Source: Epithemia pelagica (taxonomy: Eukaryota > Protista > Bacillariophyta). From it: DNA of 64,000 bases. Each line of letters starts with the position of its first letter. The first letter of the stretch is position 1. The stretch lies in the NCBI GenBank assembly GCA_946965045.2, contig OX337231.1:2046001-2110000 (forward strand), written 5' to 3'. Shown one piece after another: positions 32,447-44,981 of the stretch. The position numbers were made by a program, and so were the translations under genes. The notes under the pieces are model-generated. The model worked only from the letters and a program-made list of their open reading frames with translations, did not search any database and was not told where the DNA came from.

Positions 32447-33796
32447 TCATTCATCAACCAGAGCGATAACATTCGTGGAACAATGCGGACAGGTTGGTCG
32501 TTGAGTTCCATTCCTCGTTTGCTGGTCTTTCCAACTCTCCCAGCATTCACGATGAAACACGTGGCTGCAATCAGGGGCAGTTTCGGCCTCGTCTTCATCC
32601 ATGACTTCGAGAAAACAAATTGGACAGGGTTCTGGGCTAATGCGAGGGCTAGGATCTTTTGGAGGAGGCCGACTGTGCACAATTGGGCGCACAAAGATTT
32701 GAAGACGCGTAAAAAGACACATCCCAGTCTTTGATTCATCGTACGTTGTATATTCATCCTCGGTCCGTATCCATGGCGTATGAACGATCGCCTCTGGAGA
32801 GGACTGCTTGACAGCACAAATTTTCCAAAAGCAATTATTGAAACCGGGTTTGATAGGCCGGAATGTCTGGTCACACATGGGACAGTGACAAAGAAACTCG
32901 TTTGTTCTGGAAAGATCAAAGTTTTGAAAATGCTTGTTGGCAATAGCCATGTGACCGTATGCACAACAGTCACGGTTCCTGCAAATCCCTTCCAGGCAAA
33001 GACCTGGAGCGGCCAATCTCCAGTCGGGCGCATTTCTGTTCCACCGTCGATTATGGAGTGCATGTAACTCTGTGACATCCGCAAAGTTGCGACCACCACC
33101 ACGCAAACGCAGGACCAGATGGACGGTATACTCTGTCGAAATATTGTAATCCACCAGTCTATACTTGTCTTCAAGAAAATTTCCATTAAAAATAATACGT
33201 TGCTGATCAGGGGGTAACCCTTCCATGGATTGAATACAGTATTTCAAATGCTCAACTGTATCAAAGCAATTCATCGTCAACTTCGAAGTTTTGCCTGTAA
33301 GTGTCTTCACAAAGAGCAGCCTCAACGGTTGAGATGATGCTTCCAAACGAACCAGAATTGGCCGATCATGGCATAGATACTCGCTCAACAAATCCTTGTC
33401 GGGAGTCTTCTTGCGGACAGAAGAAAACGGAACCCACGTGAAATGTTCATCGTTGGCACGAGTTTCATACGTCTTCCGACCGTAGTCACCCAATAGAAAG
33501 GACACCCTCTTGAACCATTTCTCTCGGCAGCGGGTCTGATGTGAGATCCAGTTTGCACAATCCGAAATGGTGGTTGTCTCGAGCGATATATCCATGAAGA
33601 ATGTATCGCCAACATTCGCCAAATGACTGCGGCTTTGATTGTGGCCATTGATGTGGACATGGACCAGAACAAACTCGGCCACAATCGACGCCATTGTTAG
33701 AGCTACTTGAGGAACTAAAATGGGGGAAGACTGTGACCTGATTGCACGAAAATCCAGGTCACATCCAAAATCTTTGGGTCGCAGATTTCTTTTCAA
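32447..33796 (-). CDS. Unknown N-domain + ubiquitin-like domain (LRLRGG) + Cys-rich domain + RING-H2 protein, paralog 1
   Basis: [10 protein letters not shown]...[17 protein letters not shown]...YNI...[10 protein letters not shown]; [17 protein letters not shown]...CPMC; [17 protein letters not shown]. An alternative start lies at 33694. Confidence 0.85.
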   Translation of the reverse strand: MKRNLRPKDFGCDLDFRAIRSQSSPILVPQVALTMASIVAEFVLVHVHINGHNQSRSHLANVGDTFFMDISLETTTISDCANWISHQTRCREKWFKRVSFLLGDYGRKTYETRANDEHFTWVPFSSVRKKTPDKDLLSEYLCHDRPILVRLEASSQPLRLLFVKTLTGKTSKLTMNCFDTVEHLKYCIQSMEGLPPDQQRIIFNGNFLEDKYRLVDYNISTEYTVHLVLRLRGGGRNFADVTELHALHNRRWNRNAPDWRLAAPGLCLEGICRNRDCCAYGHMAIANKHFQNFDLSRTNEFLCHCPMCDQTFRPIKPGFNNCFWKICAVKQSSPEAIVHTPWIRTEDEYTTYDESKTGMCLFTRLQIFVRPIVHSRPPPKDPSPRISPEPCPICFLEVMDEDEAETAPDCSHVFHRECWESWKDQQTRNGTQRPTCPHCSTNVIALVDE

Positions 33797-34560
33797 GCTG
33801 ATTCATCATCAAAAGTCAGACGTTCATTCTCGCTCATTTCCTTGGAGTATGAAGACCAATTCAGAAAAAACTTCATGACAGTGCGACTTTTCCAGAGACA
33901 TTTGAGTTCCTGGGAGATGAGAGATGTAGAAAGATGACAAGGGACGTCACCATGACATGACGATGGAAAAGCTGGAAAGAAGATTTATGTACCTGCAGAA
34001 TTTAGAGCCTCCACTTCACCAAGCGGAACTGTGCTTCATCTTTCGAGAAGACCATCGAGATGGCACACGCGATAGAGTTGATGGTTTCGTTCGAGATGAT
34101 TTCTTGCCAAAACGCTTAGGCATTAACACAGTGCAGCCAAGGATATCACTCCAGCTGTCCCAGGACGTGTGATGGAATACATGCTGACACTTCGGGTGAC
34201 TTGTGGCACTGTGATGTCTCTCCATTGAAGGCAAATGCGACATGTAGCACCATGGCATCACCCATCCATGGCCATGGCCGCAGGCAAAGTACCCACCGTA
34301 GCTCCAAGCTCCAAGCCGTTCTTGCAAAGATCCAAAGATTCTTTGCGCGACTGCGCGAAAGCTTGTTGTGGTTTTTGGTCGCGCCAGATTTTATTGGATG
34401 ACCATGGGCCACTTTTGTGACATAAGCATGAGAGTAGGTAGAGCCTGGTTCTATGTAAACAGAGATGACTCTATGCTAGGTGGTTATGTGCATGTCGGTC
34501 GGAGGATGTCTCTCACTTCTACAAGATTCGGGTGGGCAAAGTCGGTGTCAGGTTGCTCAA

Positions 34561-34578
34561 TTGCATTATCACAAGAGC
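34561..34578. repeat. Left copy of 18-bp target-site duplication of the Ambal-like LINE
   Basis: TTGCATTATCACAAGAGC, identical to 42883-42900. Confidence 0.92.
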
Positions 34579-34730
34579 CTTATAATTTCGTGGACAGACG
34601 AAATTGAAAGGCGTAGTGCCTCGTGTTATCTGTCCGATAGTTTCTGGTTTCTCGTAGTTTACCGCGAAAGTTTTTCCCAGAAAGTAATCTGAAACGCATT
34701 CAGGCCACCGGCGAGCGAACCACGTCGACC

Positions 34731-36758
34731 ATGGCGGATCCCCCCCGTTCGGACTATGACTCTCCTATGGCTGAAGCCCAACAAGACGACAACACTAGTT
34801 ATGCTGCAAATAATAATAATGATACCAATAATCAAGATGATGCGAGCGACGCCGCCACTGCAGTTACAGCAGTATACCGCCCTATCCCCTACGAAGGCGA
34901 CGAAAAAGAGTATACGATCAAGTTTGTGTTCAGTCCGGATGACGATACGAACAAGAGTATCGCCTTGCTCCACTATGATATTCTTTATTCTATCTCACAA
35001 GTATTTCCAGAGGTAAAAATTTTTGATAATAAAGGTGCAAAACTTAACAGGAAAAAGTTGGAGTCCTTCAAGGCGGTCTCAGTTTACCTACGACACTTCG
35101 ACCTACACTACTCCAAGGGCAACGAAAAGAAACAGAGGAAACCGATGTATATTGTAATTCACCGATTTCAGTCTAAAATTTCAATAAGCGAGATCCGCCG
35201 CCACGAATCAGTGCATGAGAAGCTATTGTTAGGGAAAGCAAAAATGACGCAACATCTTTGGAACGAGAACGAAACACGAATTTCCAACTTGGGCTTCTTC
35301 GTCGGTTTCGACCCCAGTAATATTCCTCCGGACGAAATGATTGAAGATGTTGTACAAGAAATTATCAAGAAAACGAATAAACCGAGGAAGAAAATTCCGA
35401 AGTTCAAGTGTAATTACTCTTCGCCCTTCTTCAAGAACGGAGATGACACCTTCAAAACAAAAGCATTTGACTTGCAGTGTCGCCAACACGACGCTAAAGA
35501 ATTGCTGGAACTTCTTCAGAAGACATACGTTGAAGACCCGAAGTTCATCTTCCACAAGTTCCGACACACAAACAAGTACTTGTACAGCTCCTCTATGATT
35601 GAGCAAAATACATACCTGAGAGAGAGCAAGATTTTACCGGTTGCAGGAATTCACCCGAGCGTAATGTGGAGTTTGAAAGACAGAATTGCACGTGATTATG
35701 AAGGAGTCATCAGAATTACCGGCCATAAAGATACGGATCGTATTGGTCGCCACAACATTCATACCACAGAAGAACACTTTGATGTACTCAGGAGCGCTCT
35801 TAGAATGAGTCTGCCAACATTGGTTATGCTCGAAAAAGATGCACGAAACCTACATCATCTTAAAGGTTACGACGATCCTCCAAGGCTCGCATTTCGACAC
35901 GAAAGCTACGGACGACAAGGCACAGGAGAAGACGACGATGACTCAACGGACCACGGCGGTTCTTATGCAACTTACGTCTCTGCGCTAAATTCTTTGTACA
36001 CCACCAGAGAGAATGAGTTTCAAGATGACTCAAACAACAGTTATTCACGTCCTCCGAAGATGATAGGACCAACAACACAGGTATGGAAGACTATGGCACC
36101 CGTCCAAACCGTCGTCGCATCAACAACTACCGAGACAACTACGAGTCAGGTAACCAACGAAGAATACGAACGAATGAAGAATGAGAATGCTGAATTGAAG
36201 AGCGAGCTACGGGAATTGAAAGATGCTTTCAAGTCTTTTGTATCGAAACAAGAAGAAGAAAGTGAATCGAGACAAGAGAAGATGATGCGTTCAATGATGC
36301 AGGCGATGCAACAACAAATGTCCGCCATGATGATGCAGCAGAATTATATGCCTCCTCCAAACTACGCTCACCCTTATCAACAACAACCACAATTTGGTAT
36401 GAGCCCCATTAACGCGCAACAGCTGCAACAGTTACCCAACAACTTGTTCCCAGCTCATCAGACTACTCCTGTTTCCAATCATCGCTTACCACCAAATCAG
36501 ATGCCACTCCCACAGACCCCAACAAACCACCAGATGCCAACAAACCACAACTACCAGAATCATCCCCAGTACAACAACCAATATCAATGCACGGAGCATG
36601 ATATAACAAATCCAAAAGCACAGAGTCGCAGCGCAAATGATGAGCGCAATCAGGACTCAGAACAACAGGCCGCATCGCGAATTGATGTGAGCATGGCCCG
36701 AGCAAACTCGCCCTTGCACGCGGACGAGTCCTTGGCCGACTCAAGCATGCAGAAATGA
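34731..36758 (+). CDS. Ambal-like ORF1 (675 aa; coiled coil and Q/P-rich C-terminus)
   Basis: Long ORF directly upstream of ORF2, with its TGA overlapping the ORF2 ATG (ATGA). Confidence 0.8.
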   Translation: MADPPRSDYDSPMAEAQQDDNTSYAANNNNDTNNQDDASDAATAVTAVYRPIPYEGDEKEYTIKFVFSPDDDTNKSIALLHYDILYSISQVFPEVKIFDNKGAKLNRKKLESFKAVSVYLRHFDLHYSKGNEKKQRKPMYIVIHRFQSKISISEIRRHESVHEKLLLGKAKMTQHLWNENETRISNLGFFVGFDPSNIPPDEMIEDVVQEIIKKTNKPRKKIPKFKCNYSSPFFKNGDDTFKTKAFDLQCRQHDAKELLELLQKTYVEDPKFIFHKFRHTNKYLYSSSMIEQNTYLRESKILPVAGIHPSVMWSLKDRIARDYEGVIRITGHKDTDRIGRHNIHTTEEHFDVLRSALRMSLPTLVMLEKDARNLHHLKGYDDPPRLAFRHESYGRQGTGEDDDDSTDHGGSYATYVSALNSLYTTRENEFQDDSNNSYSRPPKMIGPTTQVWKTMAPVQTVVASTTTETTTSQVTNEEYERMKNENAELKSELRELKDAFKSFVSKQEEESESRQEKMMRSMMQAMQQQMSAMMMQQNYMPPPNYAHPYQQQPQFGMSPINAQQLQQLPNNLFPAHQTTPVSNHRLPPNQMPLPQTPTNHQMPTNHNYQNHPQYNNQYQCTEHDITNPKAQSRSANDERNQDSEQQAASRIDVSMARANSPLHADESLADSSMQK

Positions 36759-39700
36759 GTGAGTCACTGAACGGTAGACTCGTAACTATAACCAACAATA
36801 CAAACCTACAACCACATCCTCTTGCACGATTAATACGCGAATTAGACACTTCCGATCAGGATAACCATAACAACGACGACGCCGCGAGCGACGACGACCC
36901 AATTCCCCAAACTACCGATCAGGATAACCATAACAACGACGATGCCCCGAGCGTCGACGATCGAAACACAAACAATACCACAACAACCACATCCACCATC
37001 AACACAACTATTCCAGGCACCCAGAACAGCGACGACGCTACGAGTGTCACCGAAGACTCACAACAAATAGAGAACGGAATACAAATAGAAAGAGAAGATC
37101 AAACATATGACTCGGACGAGTTCATTGGTGTTAAAACTCGAGATGTTAAGCCGCCAGACACCTATCGCGTGTTTGGCTGCAACCCGAACGGTTTTAAAAC
37201 TTTGCTCTCGAGTGGAGGAACTTTTGCGGAATACTGTGAAGAAATGTGCAGGCTGGACGCCGACACATGGTGCTTCTACGAAACCAACATCGACACCACT
37301 CAAGCTCAAGTTCGCAATGTTCTTCACACCACTGTTCAACGTCATTGTGAACACTCTCGTATCACTTTTGGCAGCACTAATATTCCATCACCGAGACCAA
37401 CACCTTACAAGCCAGGTGGAACCCTCATCGCATAACAAGGCAAGTCAACAGGTAGAATCACCACTCAAGGTACTGATCGAATGGGCAGGTGGTCATATCA
37501 GGTCTTTTCAGGTCGAGGAAACAAAACTATTACGGTCATCTCAGCGTATCAAGTGTGTCGTCAGTCTCTTCTCACGGAGGAAACGAATCGCGTCCGATCC
37601 TTCACAGCCTCTGCCCAACAAATATCAATGCTTCGTCAAGTAAATCGACCCGTCTCCCCGCGAGAAGCGTTTATTATCGATTTAACAGATTTCATCAGGC
37701 AATGCCGTGCTCGCAACTCGGAAATCTTACTTCTTGGTGATTTTAACGAGGCACTTAATGACAACAATGAAGGAATGTCCAAATTGTGTTTGGAATTGGA
37801 ACTTCATGATATTATGGGAGAGCAGATCGGAAATACAACATTTGCAACGTATATCAACGGCCGAGAACGAATTGACTACGCACTTGGTACTAGCCATGTC
37901 GCTGCTGCAGTTACTCATGCTTGCTACGAGCCTTTTCAACACAGAGACATCCCCAACGATCACAGAAACATGGTGATTGACTTCGATATTCAAAGACTTT
38001 TCGGCAACAGTACTCAACAACTTGGTCCCATCGCGAGTCGAGACTTTACCAGCAAGGACAGGAGCTCGAACAGACGCTACATTGAACACAAGCACAAGTT
38101 CTGTGTGCAGCACAGTTTCGCACAACGCTTAGAATCGCTCAAACAAAACTGGAATCCACGTTTGGCAGAACGACTCGACAAAGACTTTCAACGGGCAGGA
38201 GAACACGCTAGTCGCAAATGCATAAAGAAACCACGAAGCATTCCCTTTGTTAAACAACTGGCAAGTCTCAGGAGCCGTAAGAATCTTCTTCTGAAACTCA
38301 TCTCGGCCGAGAAATGGGGCAAATCATTCGAATCCGGAATCGCTTATACTACACGACATCAATCAGTGATCAACATTCCCAGCACACTGGAGGCATGCCA
38401 ACAAGAATGCAGAATAGTACAGCGACAAATACGAGAGATGACAAAAGATGCAGTTCAACGACGCCACAACGCATTACAAACAGAATTGCAGCAAGCACTT
38501 GCAGAAGGCAACAAACAACAATCAAAAGCGCTCAAACATAGAATCGCGGCTGAACGTACCAAGGCCATGTATACTAAATTGAGACAATGTCGCGGGAACT
38601 TGAAAACAGGCATCACTCGATTGGATGTCCCAGCTGATCCGACCACTACAGACTACACAGGCTGCACTGAATGGATCACTATTGATACACCGGCAGAAAT
38701 AGAAGAAAGACTGTTAACGAGAAACCAACGTCATTTTGGTCAAGCTCACAACACATTCCCCACCAAACCGCCCTTCTCCGAATGGTGCGATTGGGGGGCA
38801 TCTACCCACACAGCCGAGCTCATCCTAGAAGGCAACTGGCAAAGCGACGAACTCGACGACATGCAACAATCGTTGATCAACCACATGAAAGCACGCGTGA
38901 CTCTTGACGCTATTCCTGCTCCAATCACGACCGAAGAATGGATCGGGAAGATTAAATCGTGGCCGGAATCCACCACAACTTCTCCTTCTGGCTTTCATCT
39001 GGGCCATAGCAAAGCCTTGGTAGCTCCTCATGATCTGGACACTTCTACCGACGACGGACAAGAACTAGAGGGAAAACGTGAACAACTAATTGAATGGCAA
39101 GTCGGTCTGCTCAACTGTGCCTTATCCAACAAATACTCGTTCGACAGATGGAAGCACATCGTCAATGTAATGATTTTGAAAGAGCCAAATAATCTGAAGA
39201 TCCATCGTCTTCGTGTGATACACCTTTACGAGCAAGACTACAATCTGGTCTTAGCCATTAAGTGGAGACAAATGATCCAACTAAACACCAATCAACGAAC
39301 TCTGCATCCTATGCAATTTGGAGGAGTTCCAGGCAGAGACGCAGTTATACCAACGCTTTGTGAAGAACTACAATACGAAATTTCCCGAGCTAGTAAGCGC
39401 CCTCTAGTCCATTTGGACTACGACGCCACTGCTTGCTACGATCGGATTGTGCTATCCTTTGGGAGTCTTGCGTCACGCAGTTTCGGACAGAACAGATCTA
39501 TTGTCTTCATCAACGCCACCACCTTGGAAGAAGCAAAGTATTATTTGAAGACAAAGCTCGGCGTCTCCGAAAGACACTACCAACATTGTCAACTGTACCC
39601 AATTTACGGATCCGGTCAAGGAGCCGGCAACTCTCCTGCGATTTGGTGTGTAATTTCTACTATTCTTTTCGACACCTACGAAGACAAGGCTCATGGAGCT

Positions 39701-42700
39701 ATTTTCAGCAGTCCCGATGGTTCCGTTACGACAGCCCTCCATATGGTTGGATTTGTGGATGACACAAGCGGCAGCGTGAATGACTTTCTCCGAGAACAAC
39801 CTGCTACACCAGATTACTATATTGCAAAGGCACAAGAGGATGCACAGCGATGGAACAATCTACTTAGTTTGTCAGGTGGAGCCCTCAATGTGGAGAAATG
39901 CTCTTATCATTTCATGCACTACACCTTCAATGTGGACGGACTAGCCTCTTTACAATCAGGCACCTTTGGCCCCCAAATTTCAATTCAATTTCACGGTTCC
40001 GAGCAAAATACACCCATCAAACAACTTTCTTCGTATCGCAGTCACAAAACTTTGGGAGTCCAGAAATCCCCTCACTGCACAGACAAGGGACTCTTTCTCG
40101 CTCTGGCAAAAAAGAACCGAGCACACACCTCCGTTATGGCTACGAGTCCCTTCTCGCGAACCGACGCATGGGCTTATTACCATGCCATATACTTACCCAG
40201 TATTTGCTACCCAATGCCCTCATCTACCTTGTCGGACGCACATTGCGACGCGCTTCAAGTTCAATTCAAGAAAGCTTTCCTTCCAAAATATGGCTTCAAT
40301 CGGCATATGCCTAATGCCGTAGTCTACGGTCCTAACGAACTTGGTGGAATTGGCTTAAGAACGTTATCCGTTGAACGAGGCATCTCGCAAACATACCTAT
40401 TGTTGGCGTGTCTTCGATCCCCAGGCGTCCCCGCAAAGCTTGCTAACATTGCCATCTCATGGGCACAGTTCTTAGCTGGCACAAGTGTGTCGATTTTCGA
40501 AGACGTCACCACTTCACTTCCTCATCTCGCGCCAATGCAATGGATCCCACAGGTTCGCAAGTTTCTCCACTCTACAAGCTGCCAGATTGAACTAGAGACC
40601 AAATTTCTCCCCCCTTTACAACGCGACAACGACCGCTATCTGATGGATATTGTACTCGAGTCACAAATCTTTACCAAGGCCGAACTTTTGCTGGTGAATG
40701 CATGCCGCATATACATGGGCGTCACTCTCCTAAGTGATATTACTACTCCTGACGGGACTAAACTTTCCAAGTTTGTGCTCGAACACCGACAGGACACCTT
40801 CTCTACTCACAACGGACTTCTACCTTACCAAGAACTACCTGGACCTCGCGCTTGGACTCAATGGAACAAGATGCTTAACCTTATCCGGGAACCAGGAGAA
40901 CAACATCTGTCCATTCCACCACTCGGACACTGGATAGTTCATGGACACGAGACATACCGCCGTTGGTTTTACTTCGTTGATTGCCAGAGTTCCACTCTAT
41001 TCGTCGCTAACGGCGACAACTCTTTTTGCCATTACTGGTACCAGCATCCTTTCTTTTTACCCACATCTCAAGTCTCCCCACGACCACCGTCAACATCTGT
41101 TCCTGTTCATGTTGCTCAGTCCGGACCGGCCCTTGTCTTGTCACCATGTCGCCCCCAACTCATTCCGCAGAGTCCGCCTCCTCCACAAAGCTTCTCCGCT
41201 TACGTCCAAACTCTGAAACAATGGGATCAGCATCTTCTCGCCAAAGTCGACCTTATCCAAACCGTGGAAACAATACAACAATACTTTCAGTCCTCGACAG
41301 TTCGTCTTTTTCTCTGCAGTGATGGCTCCGCCGCTTTGTTCAGAGGAAAATTTGGTTGTATCTGTAGTACTGATACTGGACAACGGCTTTTCAAACTACA
41401 TGGACCTGCACCAGGATTCCGCACCTCGTCGTTTCGCTCTGAAAGCTACGGAATGCTTGCTCTCTTCCGGACCATACTACATCTTACTACCTATTACCGA
41501 CTGAGTTTTCCCCCCCCCATTGCATTTTCTACACCGACTCTCAGAGTTTGATCAAGACGGTGGAGAAACGATTAGAGTGGACATACGACTTCCCGTATTC
41601 TACCATGGAAGCTGATTGGGACATCCAACAATCGATTACTACTTCCTTACAGCAATTTCCTGAGATTCCACAATTTCTTCACGTCAGAGGACACCAAGAC
41701 CGTTTTCATGCATACTCTACGTTACCTCTTACCGCTCAGCTGAATGTCGACGCAGACCGCCTGGCCAATTTGTACGACTATCCTCCTGATATTTCTCCGA
41801 TCCGAGTTCCGTTGATTACTGGTTGTTGCGCCCTACTTCACACCCCTCAAGGTACAGTCAATTCCAATTATCGGACGACCTTGCGCTATTTAGCAACTTG
41901 GCAACCGCTGCGACACTATCTTTGCAATAAGTATGACTGGGATATCGATACTTTTGAGTCTGTGGATTGGACTTCTCACGGCCGCGCTCTCCGAGCTTCT
42001 TTCCATCGCCGCCAATTTCATATCAAGTTTCTTCATGACTGGCTCCCCCTCGGCTACCTTCGATCCCGTTACGCTGTGTATTACTCTGACTCTTGCCCGC
42101 TATGCACTCCACCTGTTATCGAGACGCGTACCCACTTTCTCCGCTGCCCACATCGCCCTTGGAAAGGTCCCCTCTTCGACGATCTTGATAAATTTTGGCG
42201 CCTCCAATATCTCGACCCCTTCCTCCGACTATTGTTGGTGGAAATCCTACAGTCATGGCTCGGCAATGTCTCACCGACGTTTCCTACTCTTTCCCCATCA
42301 TACCAACTTCTGATTACTCAACAACGTCGAATTGGATTAGATCAACTTTTCTTTGGACGCTTTTCTACTCAATGGCAAGTTCTTCAAGACTCGTATCTTT
42401 CCTCAACAAACCAGAAATCTCGTTCGGTATCGGGCTCCCACTTTGTCACTGGTTCTATAAAGGTTCTATGGACACATGTCCACGCCCTTTGGCTCAAGCG
42501 GAACCATAATCTACACGGCGATACCCCACAAACTATCGAAGCTGCGTCCTACGCTCAAGCCCAACGCGAAGTTATTGCTCTTTACGAGTACCGCCACCAA
42601 CTTCCCCCCTCTGACCGGGACATCTTTTATTCCTCTACCACCGCCCATTTCGAGGCGGAAACGACTGCATTCTCACTCCGCTCTTGGATCAACACCTGGC

Positions 42701-42735
42701 GTCCTGTTATTCTCAGGACTGCTCCACTCTCTTAA
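36755..42735 (+). pseudogene. Ambal-like ORF2 (APE endonuclease, RT, RNase H, C-terminal Cys motif) with a premature stop and a frameshift
   Basis: APE: GCNPNG, FYETN, ISAYQ, LLGDFN, RIDY, DHR. RT: DATACYDRI, GSGQG, GFVDD. RNase H: SDGS, RSESYG, FYTDSQSL, HVRGHQD, NVDADRLA. C-terminal CPLC..THFLRC. TAA at 37433-37435; frame change at 41510-41528. Confidence 0.85.
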
Positions 42736-42882
42736 CCGACTTTCTTCTTTTCACCCACCAGTACTCCCAGTTCCATTCCTTGTTTAGTCCTCGCTTCACA
42801 TCTTGTGTGGAGCCGGGCGCGTCGGTCGACGCTACCCTAGCGGGTGCGCGCGGCAGCGTTAAAATAGATTGTGTCTTTTTTT

Positions 42883-42900
42883 TTGCATTATCACAAGAGC
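42883..42900. repeat. Right copy of 18-bp TSD
   Basis: Identical to 34561-34578 and preceded by a T-run. Confidence 0.92.
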
Positions 42901-44981
42901 TTTAAGGAGCAATTGATTCCTTGCAAGGCAGACAACAAAACACAACGACAAACGTGAAAAACATCAGTTCCTCGACTTCATAGGGACCAGGTGCACGACC
43001 GTTAAGTGATGAGACTCCTATGCCAAAGACTCGCATTTTTCAATAGAAGCAGTATCTTTCAGGTTGAATTTCTCGCCGCGTTGGGACCAGGTGCATGAAT
43101 GATGAGCCAGTACGGATATGTACTGAGACTGGTCAAAAGGAGCTTTGCATTATCTCGAACAAAGTAGTCCCTTTATGGCATGTAAATAGTGGCCTAGCAT
43201 TATGGCACGACACGAGACCATGATGGCCCCAAAAACACATGGGAATAGAGGTCCTGCTGTCGATACACTCCGTTACTACTGTTATGTATATTGTGTACCA
43301 TTAGGTGTCGAAACAATGAATGATAAGAGCCATACATCCCTCTGAGATGCTTCGTTCGAAATGGTGAGGCGTTGCTTCCGTATGGCCGTGCCACGAGGCA
43401 TGGTGCCTGTGAACCAGCTCCACAATAGACTCAACCTTCATATTTTGGCCATGCAGATGTATCCTACGCTTTTGGTTAGAGGCCTATGACTCGCCCGACA
43501 GGTACCAAGTGTCAAAATAGGTGCACAACAACAGGTGCAACACCGAGGTCCGTGTTGTTATAGCGATGGATGGAATGAGATATGCCTGCCGACTAGAAAC
43601 AGGTTATTTTTCTACCAGAGAAAGGGTGTTTCAACGAAATTACAACCTCAAAAACGCTCCCGCTAGGGGGTGCTTTATGGCGGAGGGTAGCTCTTGCTAC
43701 TCCTAGTCGTTCCTTGTCTCATTCCATGCTGGACGCGTTGAGACTCTTTTCGAACAAAATACTCCTAGTACCTTTACAGTGGGGGACAGCTCTTGCTAGT
43801 TGCTCCTTGTCTCATTCCTGTTGGAAGGGCCCCGAGCTGTCCCGAGAGCGACGACCTGGAACTGCTCCTGAAAGCTGAAAGGTAAGGAACAAGTACCATG
43901 TGGCACGACCGAACGCGCTTGTTGTTCTCGTTTAGTTGATGGCGAATGCATCTTCGTGTCGCTGGTCTCTCAAGTGCAATTGCGATATGTTCAGATGTTC
44001 TCAATACCCTTCTGGAATGGAACTGGTTCCATCGACTTCTGCACTTGCATCTATGAGAGAACCATAAAGTGAAAGTGGAAAGTGACGTCAAGTGACTGTA
44101 ATGCGATCATCCTTCTCCGACATTGACATCTCTCCAACACACGCAATAGAACGCGCGTCTCGGTCGGGTCTTTGATGGATGACGTTTTATCAATACGCGA
44201 AGCAAGTCAAAGATGTCTTCTTGTCGCCTTCTCGTCCTTCTCCGATATAAACTCTCTGAGACTTTTATATCAGTTTATGGTCTTTTTGTTTTTCATAATT
44301 TCTATCTTGGTGTTGGGTCTACTTTCTGATCACTTTCTGGTTTCATGAGCCAGAAAGGCTCGTATGTGTTCTCGTTCCCCCAAGTCGACGGACGTCAGTC
44401 GCGAAGAAGGACACATCATCGGGCATCGGAAAAGAGAACCCAAACGAAAATTGCGAACGCGCAAGCGCAGTGACCAGTGACGAGGAAGGTGGGTCAGTGT
44501 TCTCTCGCACGACTACCACAACGGGATTGCAATTTTCTACCCAACCTATCCCCTCTTTCATTCGCCATCGATGTCATGGCAAGTTTTTGGCCTTGTGCCA
44601 AGACCCCCCTGTCCCAATCTTGGACAGTCGTAATGCTTCAAAGCGCTATGCGCTCTCCGCTTTGTCGAAGAAGGTGTGTGTCCCTTTCAAGGACACTTCA
44701 GGTACGTGTCGATCTCTCGTTTGAAATCCATGAAATCGCCAAGTCCACCGACACAAAAGTTTACTCCCCTTACCCTCAAACCTTCTCTCTTCAAAAACTT
44801 GACCAGATGCATCAATGCCAGACAACTCTACCTAGAAATGTACCATTAGGAATTCTAATCCTTTAAAGGTTTATCTTATGCGTTGTTATGTACAAAAGTA
44901 AAATACAATATGCAGACACACTTGTCCAGAATATAGCGTTGGTTCGTTTCATGCATCACATAATAATACAAATAGAATGTG

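Larger units (their letters stand above)
34579..42882 (+). mobile_element. Full-length Ambal-like non-LTR retrotransposon (APE-RT-RNase H), ~8.3 kb
   Basis: Two ORFs, an exact 18-bp TSD, and a domain order matching the diatom Ambal clade. Confidence 0.88.

Noticed and set aside
32413-33186. 257-aa overlapping minus-strand ORF
   Set aside because: Alternate frame of the Ubl-RING gene with no motifs.
37433-37441. TAA-CAA as programmed readthrough in Ambal ORF2
   Set aside because: Lacks the full CAR-YYA context. A CAA-to-TAA transition is simpler, and the copy has a second lesion.
42983-43154. 13-bp direct repeat GGGACCAGGTGCA (42983, 43083) and partial TSD-like TTGCATTATC (43145)
   Set aside because: Only two units with unrelated spacers; not a CRISPR-like array or an element end. 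Probably a degenerate local duplication.
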